Below, in pieces: positions 1 to 7,910 of a stretch of DNA of 26,099 nucleotides. This DNA is from a virus (taxonomy: Duplodnaviria > Caudoviricetes), in the IMG/VR virus record IMGVR_UViG_3300002307_000203, positions 1 to 26,099 of that record. One strand, written 5' to 3'. How positions within the stretch are numbered: the stretch's first letter is position 1; every line of letters starts with the position of its first letter. The translations under genes and the position numbers were made by a program. The notes under the pieces are model-generated. The model searched no databases. It was not told the origin of the DNA and saw nothing but the letters and a program-made list of their open reading frames with translations.

Positions 1-26
1 AAGAGGAAGAAGAGTAATCCTCTTGC

Positions 27-959
27 TTACAGAACGTGGTCGCCTCTGAATACGGGGCGACCACGAATCATCTCGCACAATTCTGGCGGAAACATTTTAC
101 CATCTTCATCAAAGGAAATGACGGCGAAGCCCATCTGAGCCCTGCTTGGCGTCCCTTCGGAATACTCGAACTGTGGTCCCAATGGATCTGCGAGTGTCCC
201 AGTCTCAATTCCCCATCTTGATCCATGCCGATCCCGCATTGCCGTCACCTGCAACTGGTGGGTATGTCCGGTGGCTATGTTGACGCCGCTATGCAAAGTG
301 TTGTTCCAAGCGCCGTGGATGCCGCCCCTGAACCTATGCCGGACTTCGAGAGTCTCATTGATGTCAAAGGCAAAGGCAAAAGTCCATGCAGGGAAATGCT
401 CGGCAAGGGACAAAATATAGTCGCTCAGCTCGTTGGCGTTGGCTGCAATGTAGTTGTCAATTCGCAAATCGTGATTGCCTAACGTCCATAATCTATGTTG
501 GGCATTGGGAAGCATTTTCAACCACTTTTTGGCTGTTTCAATTTCGACATCAATCTTAGGCGCCGAGCTGCCTCTTATGGATGGGTGGCGACTGATTCGT
601 GCTCCATCAATAATGTCGCCATTTAGAATAATACCGTCGACCTTGAGTTTTTTGGCGACGGATATAAAGGCTTTATAAATTAAAGGTGGCTCACCGCTCC
701 AAATGTGGAGATCAGATCCTATGATCCATTTGGTATTAGGGGCTTGGATTGCGGTCATCCGTGGGTAGGTCCATCGGTCCCGAACTTCTCCTTCTGGCAG
801 ACCGTCTGGAAACCTTTCTCTTGCCAGTTTAAGACGGTGGTAGAAGGTATCTGGGTTAACATTGATCTGACGAGCAGCCTCGGCACTGCTTCGGTTGTTC
901 ATTTCGAACAGACGCATTGTCTCAATCATTACATCTACGCTGAGCTTTTTATTGGGCAT
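27..959 (-). CDS. Calcineurin-like metallophosphoesterase with N-terminal HTH-like segment
   Basis: Motifs SDLH, LNGDIID, LGNHD, GHTH; the N-terminus SAEAARQINVNPDTFYHRL resembles an HTH. Confidence 0.85.
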   Translation of the reverse strand: MPNKKLSVDVMIETMRLFEMNNRSSAEAARQINVNPDTFYHRLKLARERFPDGLPEGEVRDRWTYPRMTAIQAPNTKWIIGSDLHIWSGEPPLIYKAFISVAKKLKVDGIILNGDIIDGARISRHPSIRGSSAPKIDVEIETAKKWLKMLPNAQHRLWTLGNHDLRIDNYIAANANELSDYILSLAEHFPAWTFAFAFDINETLEVRHRFRGGIHGAWNNTLHSGVNIATGHTHQLQVTAMRDRHGSRWGIETGTLADPLGPQFEYSEGTPSRAQMGFAVISFDEDGKMFPPELCEMIRGRPVFRGDHVL

Positions 960-1002
960 AGTGTTATCCCCGCCAAAGATAGGCGTTGTATAAAATAAAT
1001 TC

Positions 1003-1030
1003 TTGTCAATTTTATATCATATTCTATAAT
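1003..1030 (+). promoter_or_regulatory. sigma70-like promoter
   Basis: TTGTCA(1003-1008)-N16-TATAAT(1025-1030) in AT-rich context; predicted +1 near 1037 coincides with the start of a GC-rich stem. Confidence 0.55.
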
Positions 1031-1035
1031 TCGTA

Positions 1036-1113
1036 CAGCGGGGCGGCGTATTTCTGCTGCTTCTACGTCTAGGGGTGGCCGAAGCAGAGCAGCGTCAGGC
1101 CACCCACCCGCTG
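1036..1113 (+). ncRNA. Candidate ~80-nt pseudoknotted small RNA
   Basis: Closing stem CAGCGGG/CCCGCTG; crossing stems CTGCTTC(1057-1063)/GAAGCAG(1081-1087) and GGGTGGCC(1073-1080)/GGCCACCC(1098-1105). Confidence 0.5.
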
Positions 1114-1114
1114 C

Positions 1115-1143
1115 TTGACAGGCCATAAATTTAATATTAGCTT
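1115..1143 (+). promoter_or_regulatory. sigma70-like promoter
   Basis: TTGACA(1115-1120)-N17-TAGCTT(1138-1143). Confidence 0.6.
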
Positions 1144-1333
1144 GAAAATAAGAAAGCCTCGGGGAGCAATCAGCTCTATACCCGAGGCCTATCTGAACTA
1201 AACAGTCTTTTGCCGGACGACGTTCAGACGAGATAGTTGTAGGTGTTCGCGCCTGTTCAAACAATCTCCTCTGGTTCGTCCCCGAAACGATTGTGTAAAA
1301 TGCCCAGTTATTTCTATAACTGATTGAGCATCA

Positions 1334-1645
1334 ACACGTCGAGACTGGAAGGGGGCTTTGACTATTCACCCCATCAAAACGAATAGAGACGCGCCGGAGT
1401 CATCAAACCGGATGGACACCGCTGGTTTTTTCCCCACTGGAGATGGTGGGATATTCCGACGGCCCCGACGCTGGTCGAGCTAGGGGATAGCCGCAGACGA
1501 TTCAAACCCCAATGATAGTCGTATAGTTCGACTAGGGGGACGGCAAGGCCCACCGAATACGGGTATCTGCGGGTAAACGGTGTCTGACTGACCTCCTCTG
1601 GTCCGCAGCTGACTTCAGTCAGGGGGATAGCGGAAGCGGACGTGT
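1334..1645 (+). ncRNA. Candidate ~310-nt multi-branched structured RNA or leader
   Basis: End pairing ACACGTC(1334-1340)/GACGTGT(1639-1645); long-range GACACCG(1415-1421)/CGGTGTC(1578-1584) and AGTCA(1398-1402)/TGACT(1585-1589); several local hairpins; no plus-strand ORF in the track. Confidence 0.4.
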
Positions 1646-1666
1646 GCCTAGAAACGGGAGAGCGGT

Positions 1667-1966
1667 ATGATAGTACCACACAAGGAATACAGGACTAAGC
1701 AATACCTCAAGGTCAGCATCGATGAAGGATCATGGGACTACCCAGTGCTGACTGGCACGGTGCTGCTCCAGAATGGTCGTCTAATGATGGCTACATGGGA
1801 CAAGGAGACTGGCAAGGACACTAAGCGTGACAGTGCGCTTTACGACCGGTACGATTTGATAGAGTTTACGCCGGATGCTCGTGTCGCTGCTGCTAGTAAG
1901 GCGCTCAAGGAGGCAATTAAGCAGCTGGTTATTGTTGCGGATTATTTAAACAGGGGCGAAGAATGA
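1667..1966 (+). CDS. Hypothetical phage protein
   Basis: 99-aa ORF with GGAGAG RBS; ATGA overlap with the next gene. Confidence 0.7.
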   Translation: MIVPHKEYRTKQYLKVSIDEGSWDYPVLTGTVLLQNGRLMMATWDKETGKDTKRDSALYDRYDLIEFTPDARVAAASKALKEAIKQLVIVADYLNRGEE

Positions 1967-2298
1967 AACGGTTATTAGTGGCAGCACTGCTGGCCTCGAC
2001 ATCGGCAACCGCGAAAGACGCAGTACTTTCGTGTTTTGCAAATGATAGTCATCAACATTTAATTATTTTGGGTAAAGAAAACGAATCAGAGGTTCATCTT
2101 CAGTGGGATGGCGGACCTTTCAATTATGGGACGGTGGATTATACCGATAGTACAAATCGGTATCTTTTAATTCAACAATTTGGCAGCAAGGGCACGTTTC
2201 GTATGGTTCTGGATGCCAAAACTTTTAATGGATATGGTGGCACCATATTTTATAACGGTACCGAAACGAAATCGGCTTTTACTTGCGTTTGGCAATAG
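1963..2298 (+). CDS. Hypothetical exported protein (signal peptide)
   Basis: MKRLLVAALLASTSATA is a typical Sec signal with an AxA cleavage site; Cys near both ends of the mature chain. Confidence 0.7.
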   Translation: MKRLLVAALLASTSATAKDAVLSCFANDSHQHLIILGKENESEVHLQWDGGPFNYGTVDYTDSTNRYLLIQQFGSKGTFRMVLDAKTFNGYGGTIFYNGTETKSAFTCVWQ

Positions 2299-2307
2299 AG
2301 GTGTCGC

Positions 2308-2703
2308 ATGAAGACGGGATTAGATTATTTCCTCGGTGACGTTCGAAAACTCACCCAGACCAAACCGCCATACAATGAGGCGTTTCTGTCTCGGCTGCTG
2401 AACACGCTTAATACGGCGATCACCATCATCGAGGGGCTAAACGCTATTATCATTAAGCAAAAGCGGGAAGGATTTATTCAACACGTTGTACAAAAACCTG
2501 TTGTGCTGCCTCGAAAAAACAACTACCATGCCACTGGTAAGACGAATGGTTTGGCTGCTTATCGGGAGCGAGTGGCGAAGACTGATCGGAATGACGAGAT
2601 CATTCAGCAGTTCAAGCAGGGGTTCACGAAAACCGAAATCGGTAAAAAGCACCAAATAAGCCAGTCAAGAGTATTCAGCATCCTCAAACGTGCAGGTTTG
2701 TAA
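2308..2703 (+). CDS. DNA-binding protein with C-terminal HTH
   Basis: RNDEIIQQFKQGFTKTEIGKKHQISQSRVFSILK; GAGGTG RBS. Confidence 0.7.
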   Translation: MKTGLDYFLGDVRKLTQTKPPYNEAFLSRLLNTLNTAITIIEGLNAIIIKQKREGFIQHVVQKPVVLPRKNNYHATGKTNGLAAYRERVAKTDRNDEIIQQFKQGFTKTEIGKKHQISQSRVFSILKRAGL

Positions 2704-4205
2704 TGCAACACGAGTTACGGGACTATCAGGAGGCTGCCATTGCCAGCCTCCAATCCTCTATTGCCAATGGCAAGCGGCGCCTGATGCTTCAGATGCCGAC
2801 TGGTGCAGGTAAAACGGCTACTGCTGCCGCTATTATCAAGTCGGCTCTAGGCAATGATAAGCGGGTCATCTTCACGGTCCCTGCGCTCAGCTTGATTACC
2901 CAGACCATCGATAGCTTCAAGCGAGACGGGATCTACGACATTGGCGTGGTGCAGGGTATGCACGAGCTGACCGATGCGTCTGCCAAGGTCCAGATATGCT
3001 CGGTCCAAACCTTGATGCGGCGCAAAATACCACCAGCCGATATGGTCCTGATCGACGAGGCCCATGTCGTCTTTGATATATATAAGCGGTGGTTCGATGA
3101 CCTAGAATGGATAGATATTCCAATCATTGGGCTGTCTGCCACGCCGTGGACCAAAGGATTGGGCAAGCTCTACGACGAGCTAGTGATTGGGACCACAACT
3201 CAGGAGCTGATCGATAGCGAGTTCTTGTCCAAATTCAGGGTGTACGCCCCATCCAAGCCCGACCTCGAAGGCATCAAGACCGTCGCCGGAGATTATGAGA
3301 TGACGGGTTTAGCCAATGCCATGAACAGAGCTGCTTTGGTAGCTGACATTGTCGATACTTGGATTAAACTCGGCGATGATAGGCCGACCATTTGTTTTGC
3401 AGTCAATCGCGCCCATGCTGCCAATATCTGCGACAGTTTTAATAAGGCCAATATACCTGCTGCCTATGTTGATGGTGAGACACCTTTGGACGAGCGCGAC
3501 GAGCTGGCTCAGCAATTCCGAAATGGCGAATACAAAGTCATTTGCAATGTCGGCGTTATGACGACCGGCGTCGACCTGCCATTCGTATCATGTCTGATAT
3601 TAGCTAGGCCGACCAAGAGCGAAATGCTCTACTGCCAAATCGTCGGTCGTGGTCTGCGCATGTTCGGAGGTAAGCAAGATTGCCTGATTTTAGATCATTC
3701 TGACACGACCGCACGTCTCGGGTTCGTGACCGACATTTATCATGGCGTTCTCGATGACGGTAAAAAGAAGATGGGAGGCGGTGACAAACGGGAAAAGCAA
3801 GAGCCTCTGCCGAAGGTCTGCCCAAAATGCACCTACCTGAAGCCAGCCAGAATAAGGATTTGTCCTGCATGCGGGTTCGAAACCATGCCACGGGCGAACG
3901 TCTTTTACGCCGATGGCGATCTGCACGAGGTATCGGGGCGGGGAGGCAATAAGGTCTACAGCGAGGTGATGACGCCGTTCGAGGAAAAAGAACTGTTCTA
4001 TCGGGAGCTGCTTGGCATCTGCGAGGAGCGCAAGTACAAGCAGGGGTGGGCCTATCATCAGTACAAAGACAAATACCATGAGTTCCCCGATAAGATGTTC
4101 ACTCGAGTGCCAGTTATGCCATCCAAGAAGACGATCGGCTGGGTAAAAAACCAATGGATCAGGAAGCGCAGGGCCGAGCAAGCCGTTAATGGTAGCTGGA
4201 AATGA
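2703..4205 (+). CDS. SF2 DEAH-box helicase (RadD/YejH-like) with C-terminal Zn ribbon
   Basis: Q motif LRDYQ, Walker A PTGAGKT, DEAH, SAT, motif VI QIVGRGLR, CPKC..CPAC. Confidence 0.92.
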   Translation: MQHELRDYQEAAIASLQSSIANGKRRLMLQMPTGAGKTATAAAIIKSALGNDKRVIFTVPALSLITQTIDSFKRDGIYDIGVVQGMHELTDASAKVQICSVQTLMRRKIPPADMVLIDEAHVVFDIYKRWFDDLEWIDIPIIGLSATPWTKGLGKLYDELVIGTTTQELIDSEFLSKFRVYAPSKPDLEGIKTVAGDYEMTGLANAMNRAALVADIVDTWIKLGDDRPTICFAVNRAHAANICDSFNKANIPAAYVDGETPLDERDELAQQFRNGEYKVICNVGVMTTGVDLPFVSCLILARPTKSEMLYCQIVGRGLRMFGGKQDCLILDHSDTTARLGFVTDIYHGVLDDGKKKMGGGDKREKQEPLPKVCPKCTYLKPARIRICPACGFETMPRANVFYADGDLHEVSGRGGNKVYSEVMTPFEEKELFYRELLGICEERKYKQGWAYHQYKDKYHEFPDKMFTRVPVMPSKKTIGWVKNQWIRKRRAEQAVNGSWK

Positions 4206-5152
4206 ACGTCATCGAGGATGCTCGGGGTCGATGGGTCGGCCTGATGGATCACTTTGGGCTAAAGCTGCGCCTCAGAAAGCACGGGCCATGCCCTATATGT
4301 GGTGGGAAAGACCGTTTCATTTTCGACGATAAAGAAGGCTTGGGTACGTTCCATTGCAACCATTGCGGCGCAGGGACTGGATTCACTTTGCTAACAAAGG
4401 TTAAGGGTTGGGATATGCGCCAAGCCATGCGTGAGGTAAAATACATTGTCGGGAAGGTCGAAAGGAAAATGGAAACCAAAAAGGAAATTAACGATACCGA
4501 GCGGCGGAAAGCCCTAAACGAAACGTGGTCGGCTGCTCGTCCTGTATCACTTGGCGATCCAGTCCAGAAGTATCTATATGCTCGGACGGGTCTGGTCGAC
4601 GTTCCAACCGTGCTGCGTTTTCATCCGGCTCTGTATCATTCCGACACTCGGTCGGAGCATCCGGCGATGATTGCCAAAATCACTGATTTAGACAACAAGC
4701 CTGTGTCAATTCATAGGACGTACCTCACGGCTGGTGGTGACAAGGCCGCTATCGAGAAGTCAAGGATGCTGATGCAAGGATCGATCCCAGACGGCTCGGC
4801 GATCCGGCTTTTCCCATATCAAGACACGCTCGGCATTGCTGAAGGTATCGAAACCGCGATCTCAGCCTACGCGATCTTTGGCATCCCAACGTGGGCCGCG
4901 ATCAGCGCTGCAATGCTTGTGAAGTGGACGCCGCCTCACATCGTAAGAAAAGTTTATGTTTTTGGCGACAACGACGACAGCCTTACTGGACAGCTCGCAG
5001 CCTATCGGCTAGGCTGGGCGCTCAAAAACAATAAACCCCTCGACGTTGTTCGGGTGATAATACCCGACATCCGTGGGGCAGACTGGAATGACGTTTTAAG
5101 GCTACACGGTTCAACTGAGGCTCGCCTTATGTATAAGGATAAACTGGAATAG
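4202..5152 (+). CDS. DNA primase (P4 alpha-type Zn-binding domain plus TOPRIM)
   Basis: HGPCPICGGKDRF..CNHCGAG; TOPRIM IAEGIETA, GDND, DWND. Confidence 0.9.
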   Translation: MNVIEDARGRWVGLMDHFGLKLRLRKHGPCPICGGKDRFIFDDKEGLGTFHCNHCGAGTGFTLLTKVKGWDMRQAMREVKYIVGKVERKMETKKEINDTERRKALNETWSAARPVSLGDPVQKYLYARTGLVDVPTVLRFHPALYHSDTRSEHPAMIAKITDLDNKPVSIHRTYLTAGGDKAAIEKSRMLMQGSIPDGSAIRLFPYQDTLGIAEGIETAISAYAIFGIPTWAAISAAMLVKWTPPHIVRKVYVFGDNDDSLTGQLAAYRLGWALKNNKPLDVVRVIIPDIRGADWNDVLRLHGSTEARLMYKDKLE

Positions 5153-5182
5153 CTGTCGGGTTTCCCTCCTGTTTCCCGACAG
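5153..5182 (+). ncRNA. Hairpin with anti-Shine-Dalgarno loop (candidate 3'-UTR-derived sRNA)
   Basis: Perfect 8-bp stem CTGTCGGG/CCCGACAG; loop TTTCCCTCCTGTTT. Confidence 0.5.
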
Positions 5183-5183
5183 T

Positions 5184-5227
5184 AAAAGGCCTCGACAGTG
5201 TCCGTGCTGTCGAGGCCAATTTTATTT
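5184..5227. terminator. Probable bidirectional intrinsic terminator
   Basis: 11-bp stem GGCCTCGACAG(5188-5198)/CTGTCGAGGCC(5207-5217), flanked by AAAA and AATTTTATTT, between convergent operons. Confidence 0.8.
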
Positions 5228-5374
5228 CAGTAAGTTCTCAAGCCATTGCGGGATCGGGTGTTGACCGTTAAGCCATCGTCGGACTGTTCTTGGCGTTACT
5301 CCGATCCGTAAGGCAAATGCCGTTCGGGTTTCCCCGTTGGCTTTAAGGATCGTATCAAGCTGTTTTGGTGTCAT
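5222..5374 (-). CDS. Small Cro/XRE-like HTH protein (50 aa; absent from the ORF track)
   Basis: Manual translation MTPKQLDTILKANGETRTAFALRIGVTPRTVRRWLNGQHPIPQWLENLLK*; starts 3 nt after the upstream stop codon. Confidence 0.85.
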   Translation of the reverse strand: MTPKQLDTILKANGETRTAFALRIGVTPRTVRRWLNGQHPIPQWLENLLK

Positions 5375-5377
5375 TAC

Positions 5378-5623
5378 TTAACCTGCATCGATCAGGTTGT
5401 CTTTTTCATCAAAAAGGACATACCGCAATCGCTTTTCTGGCAAGCCAAAGCAGTTTTTGACCTCTGCGATGATTTCCATGGCATCGTATACGGCAGTTTG
5501 GGCAAGGCCTTTGTGGGCCTCGCCATAATCCAACCGAACGGAATAGACTCCTCCGCTCGCGTTCGCCTCTTGATAGCTTCTGTATTGATCTTGGTAGAAT
5601 CCAAGTCTTACACATCCGCCCAT
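5378..5623 (-). CDS. Hypothetical protein
   Basis: 81-aa ORF, TAATG-coupled to the upstream gene, AGGAG RBS. Confidence 0.7.
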   Translation of the reverse strand: MGGCVRLGFYQDQYRSYQEANASGGVYSVRLDYGEAHKGLAQTAVYDAMEIIAEVKNCFGLPEKRLRYVLFDEKDNLIDAG

Positions 5624-6105
5624 TATAATACTCCTATTGAATTCGTGGTTTCGGCTTCAACCTCGAAATTGCTCGGGTCAGCGTCCTCTGGATAATTGAA
5701 GTGAGCAACAAGGTGGGCCATGTCATCGGGTGCGTTGTCAAGATCAGAGCAGCATCGGTCGTCCCCGTCGTTCCAAATGCCGACAAAGAAACCGCCTTCG
5801 TCCCAATAGTCCGCCTTGACCGTATAACCAAGATTTTTCATGCGCTCGAATACTGGAATAGGGGGCGCCCACGCTGTTAAGAATGTTGCCTCCACCATTG
5901 TCGGGCCGTCAAGCGTATATTGTGGGCTGTTTATGTCCCATTTTGTCCCCCAATGTTCGACACACCAGTCGTAATCCCACCCATAGTCAGGCAAAGGAAT
6001 GAAATGTTCGAAGGTCTTTTCCTCTGAAAAGCTGTCGATCAGCTCCGCAATCATCGCAGGGTCGTTGTGGCTTATTGTGGCCGTGTGGCTGCACCAGTTA
6101 GGCAT
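5623..6105 (-). CDS. YubB/DUF1281-like ferredoxin-fold protein
   Basis: Recognisable MPNWC start, WYxW..WGTKW-like segment (YDWCVEHWGTKWD) and F.TAW.PP motif. Confidence 0.75.
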   Translation of the reverse strand: MPNWCSHTATISHNDPAMIAELIDSFSEEKTFEHFIPLPDYGWDYDWCVEHWGTKWDINSPQYTLDGPTMVEATFLTAWAPPIPVFERMKNLGYTVKADYWDEGGFFVGIWNDGDDRCCSDLDNAPDDMAHLVAHFNYPEDADPSNFEVEAETTNSIGVL

Positions 6106-6111
6106 GTTCAG

Positions 6112-6182
6112 TTCTCCTGTTTTCGGTGTCGGAATGACAACCGTGAAGCTGCACCCCGCAGGATGCAGCTAGGCTGTTGTCA
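6112..6182 (-). repeat. Intergenic stem-loop/RBS element, copy 1
   Basis: Minus strand TGACAACAGCCT-AGCTGCATCC-TGCG-GGGTGCAGCT-TCACGGTTGTCA-TTCCGACACCGAAAACAGGAGAA. Confidence 0.92.
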
Positions 6183-6506
6183 CTAAAAAACGTGCGTTCC
6201 GTTAAGGCTGATCGGGCTGTCGGCTTGATAACCAGTTTCGACTGTGACGGGGATAGCCGCCCTCATCGCATCAATCCAGCCGGTCAAATCTTGCATCGCT
6301 CGGTCGAACTCTCCGCGCTTGTATGCCTTCCCAGTGTATTTTGACGCGAGCTTGAACAAATCTGTCGTCGTGGTGTGACGATTAACTCGCAATCCCGCCT
6401 TATGCAGCTTGAGGGCCAGCATGATCGTGATCGCTTGGAACAAGCGTGTTCCGTCCGGTCCATTGAACGAGGCTCCTGTAGGGCCGATCCTGACTTCACT
6501 TTGCAT
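6183..6506 (-). CDS. Hypothetical phage protein
   Basis: 107-aa ORF exactly filling the space between repeat copies 2 and 1; AGGAG RBS. Confidence 0.8.
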   Translation of the reverse strand: MQSEVRIGPTGASFNGPDGTRLFQAITIMLALKLHKAGLRVNRHTTTTDLFKLASKYTGKAYKRGEFDRAMQDLTGWIDAMRAAIPVTVETGYQADSPISLNGTHVF

Positions 6507-6512
6507 TTTTCA

Positions 6513-6578
6513 TTCTCCTGTTTTCGGCCATGTCGACCGCAGGAGCGCACCCCGTAGGATGCGCTCGAACTGTCGTCA
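6513..6578 (-). repeat. Intergenic stem-loop/RBS element, copy 2
   Basis: Minus strand TGACGACAGTTC-GAGCGCATCC-TACG-GGGTGCGCTC-CTGCGGTCGACA-TGGCCGAAAACAGGAGAA. Confidence 0.92.
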
Positions 6579-6920
6579 CGCTGCAATGCCGACTGGCTGC
6601 CTTCTGTCGTCATATTGGACCGCCGCCGTCATCTCGGCCTCGGCCCAAGTTGCTAGGCCGCTTTCCAGTCGGTAGGCGTAATCCGTGGCAACCTCGTTGC
6701 TTTCGTCGTAATTGCAGACCACCTCGAAATAATCGCCGTGATCGTGGCTCTCGCGTTTGATGGTTAGAAAAGCGCCTTCAGGTTCTAGACCGTAAACCTT
6801 CCGCAGAGCCTCGATGTAGGCGTAGCACTCAATTTTGTTGAGACGCTCGGCCCCTTCCGTCACGCCTACTTGAGCGCAAGGCTCATCCGCTGGGCTTGGT
6901 CCAATATAGATATAATCCAT
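6576..6920 (-). CDS. Hypothetical acidic phage protein
   Basis: 114-aa ORF between copies 3 and 2; its TGA stop is the first triplet of copy 2. Confidence 0.8.
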   Translation of the reverse strand: MDYIYIGPSPADEPCAQVGVTEGAERLNKIECYAYIEALRKVYGLEPEGAFLTIKRESHDHGDYFEVVCNYDESNEVATDYAYRLESGLATWAEAEMTAAVQYDDRRQPVGIAA

Positions 6921-6927
6921 TGTTCAA

Positions 6928-6997
6928 TCCTCCTGTTTTCGGTTCCGTCATGGCAACCGCTGAGACGCACCCCGAAGGATGCGCCCTGCTGTTGTCA
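6928..6997 (-). repeat. Intergenic stem-loop/RBS element, copy 3
   Basis: Minus strand TGACAACAGCAG-GGCGCATCC-TTCG-GGGTGCGTC-TCAGCGGTTGCCA-TGACGGAACCGAAAACAGGAGGA. Confidence 0.92.
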
Positions 6998-7465
6998 AAT
7001 CCAAGCCTGTTTCAGAGCATACCCACCGTCACTGTCCGGCTCTCCGTTGCGTGTTCCGTGTGGCTCTGACGTGCCGTGAGGCCAAAGCGCAGCGCCGAGG
7101 CTGTAGACCGTGGCAAAGCCCATATCCATGCCGCAGCCTGTTACGATAAGTCCATCGCCTTTGGCCTGCTTTAAGCCCAGCAATCGCCCGATTGATCCAG
7201 TCAACCACAGCGGTTGATTGTATTTGATGACGTAAAAATCAATGTGGCGGCTCATGCCAGAGGCTGAGACGTGGCGCAAAACAGTGTAAATTGTGTCCTT
7301 CGGGCTGATTAAAAGCAGCAAGTGATCCCGTGCTTGCTCTTTAAGGCGCCGTTTGCCCTCGGTCGAGCTGAGCCGTTTGCCTGTTAAAAACTTCCCGTCA
7401 TAGAGCTGCGGGTTCTGCGTGGTAATAATAGTGCCGAGTTCTAGCTCAATATATGCTTGTTGCAT
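6995..7465 (-). CDS. Hypothetical phage protein (156 aa; start revised to MQQAY)
   Basis: ATG at 7465 follows the AGGAG of copy 4; the track start at 7510 lies inside the repeat; motifs VSASGMSR, GCGMDMGF. Confidence 0.8.
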   Translation of the reverse strand: MQQAYIELELGTIITTQNPQLYDGKFLTGKRLSSTEGKRRLKEQARDHLLLLISPKDTIYTVLRHVSASGMSRHIDFYVIKYNQPLWLTGSIGRLLGLKQAKGDGLIVTGCGMDMGFATVYSLGAALWPHGTSEPHGTRNGEPDSDGGYALKQAWI

Positions 7466-7470
7466 CGTCG

Positions 7471-7542
7471 TTCTCCTGTTTCCGGTCATAGCAACCGTGG
7501 GAACAGGCAAGGGTTGCGCCTCACCCGTTCAAGCTGTCGCTA
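7471..7542 (-). repeat. Intergenic stem-loop/RBS element, copy 4
   Basis: Minus strand TAGCGACAGCTT-GAACGGGTGAGG-CGCAAC-CCTTGCCTGTTC-CCACGGTTGCTA-TGACCGGAAACAGGAGAA. Confidence 0.9.
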
Positions 7543-7905
7543 CTTGATTTTCTTGGCGATCCAGTGGTTGAAAGTGTTTCTCGCGCCGTCTAAATCACGG
7601 TCGGCCTCATCGCCTCGCCATTTGCGCCAATCGTCGGCGAAGGCCAAAGGGATCATGCACCAATCGCAATCTTCCTCAAACCAGCCGTCTCGACCTTGGC
7701 CGTGGAAGGTCGCATCAAGCCACGCTTGCGGCATTGTCCGTCTGCGTTCGGCTGAGACATAAAAGCCACCATGCCGAGGGGTTGAGAGGGACCAGACGCC
7801 GTTGAATATCTGTTCGGCGTGGTCTGGCGCGCCCCATGGCGTCCACTGTGGCCGAGCGATGGGTTGAAACGTGCGCGGCATGTCGATTGTCAATTCTGCT
7901 TGCAT
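7540..7905 (-). CDS. DUF7007-like protein (121 aa; start revised to MQAEL)
   Basis: TPWG..ST..HGG..WFEEDCDW pattern; ATG at 7905 follows the AGGAG of copy 5. Confidence 0.7.
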   Translation of the reverse strand: MQAELTIDMPRTFQPIARPQWTPWGAPDHAEQIFNGVWSLSTPRHGGFYVSAERRRTMPQAWLDATFHGQGRDGWFEEDCDWCMIPLAFADDWRKWRGDEADRDLDGARNTFNHWIAKKIK

Positions 7906-7910
7906 CTGTT

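Noticed and set aside
1266-1602. 10-mer CTCCTCTGGT at 1266 and 1593 as iterons
   Set aside because: Only two copies, far apart; compatible with chance
935-1679. Minus-strand ORFs 935-1264 and 1374-1679
   Set aside because: They overlap promoter-like and base-paired elements and show no protein-like motifs; they cannot be fully excluded
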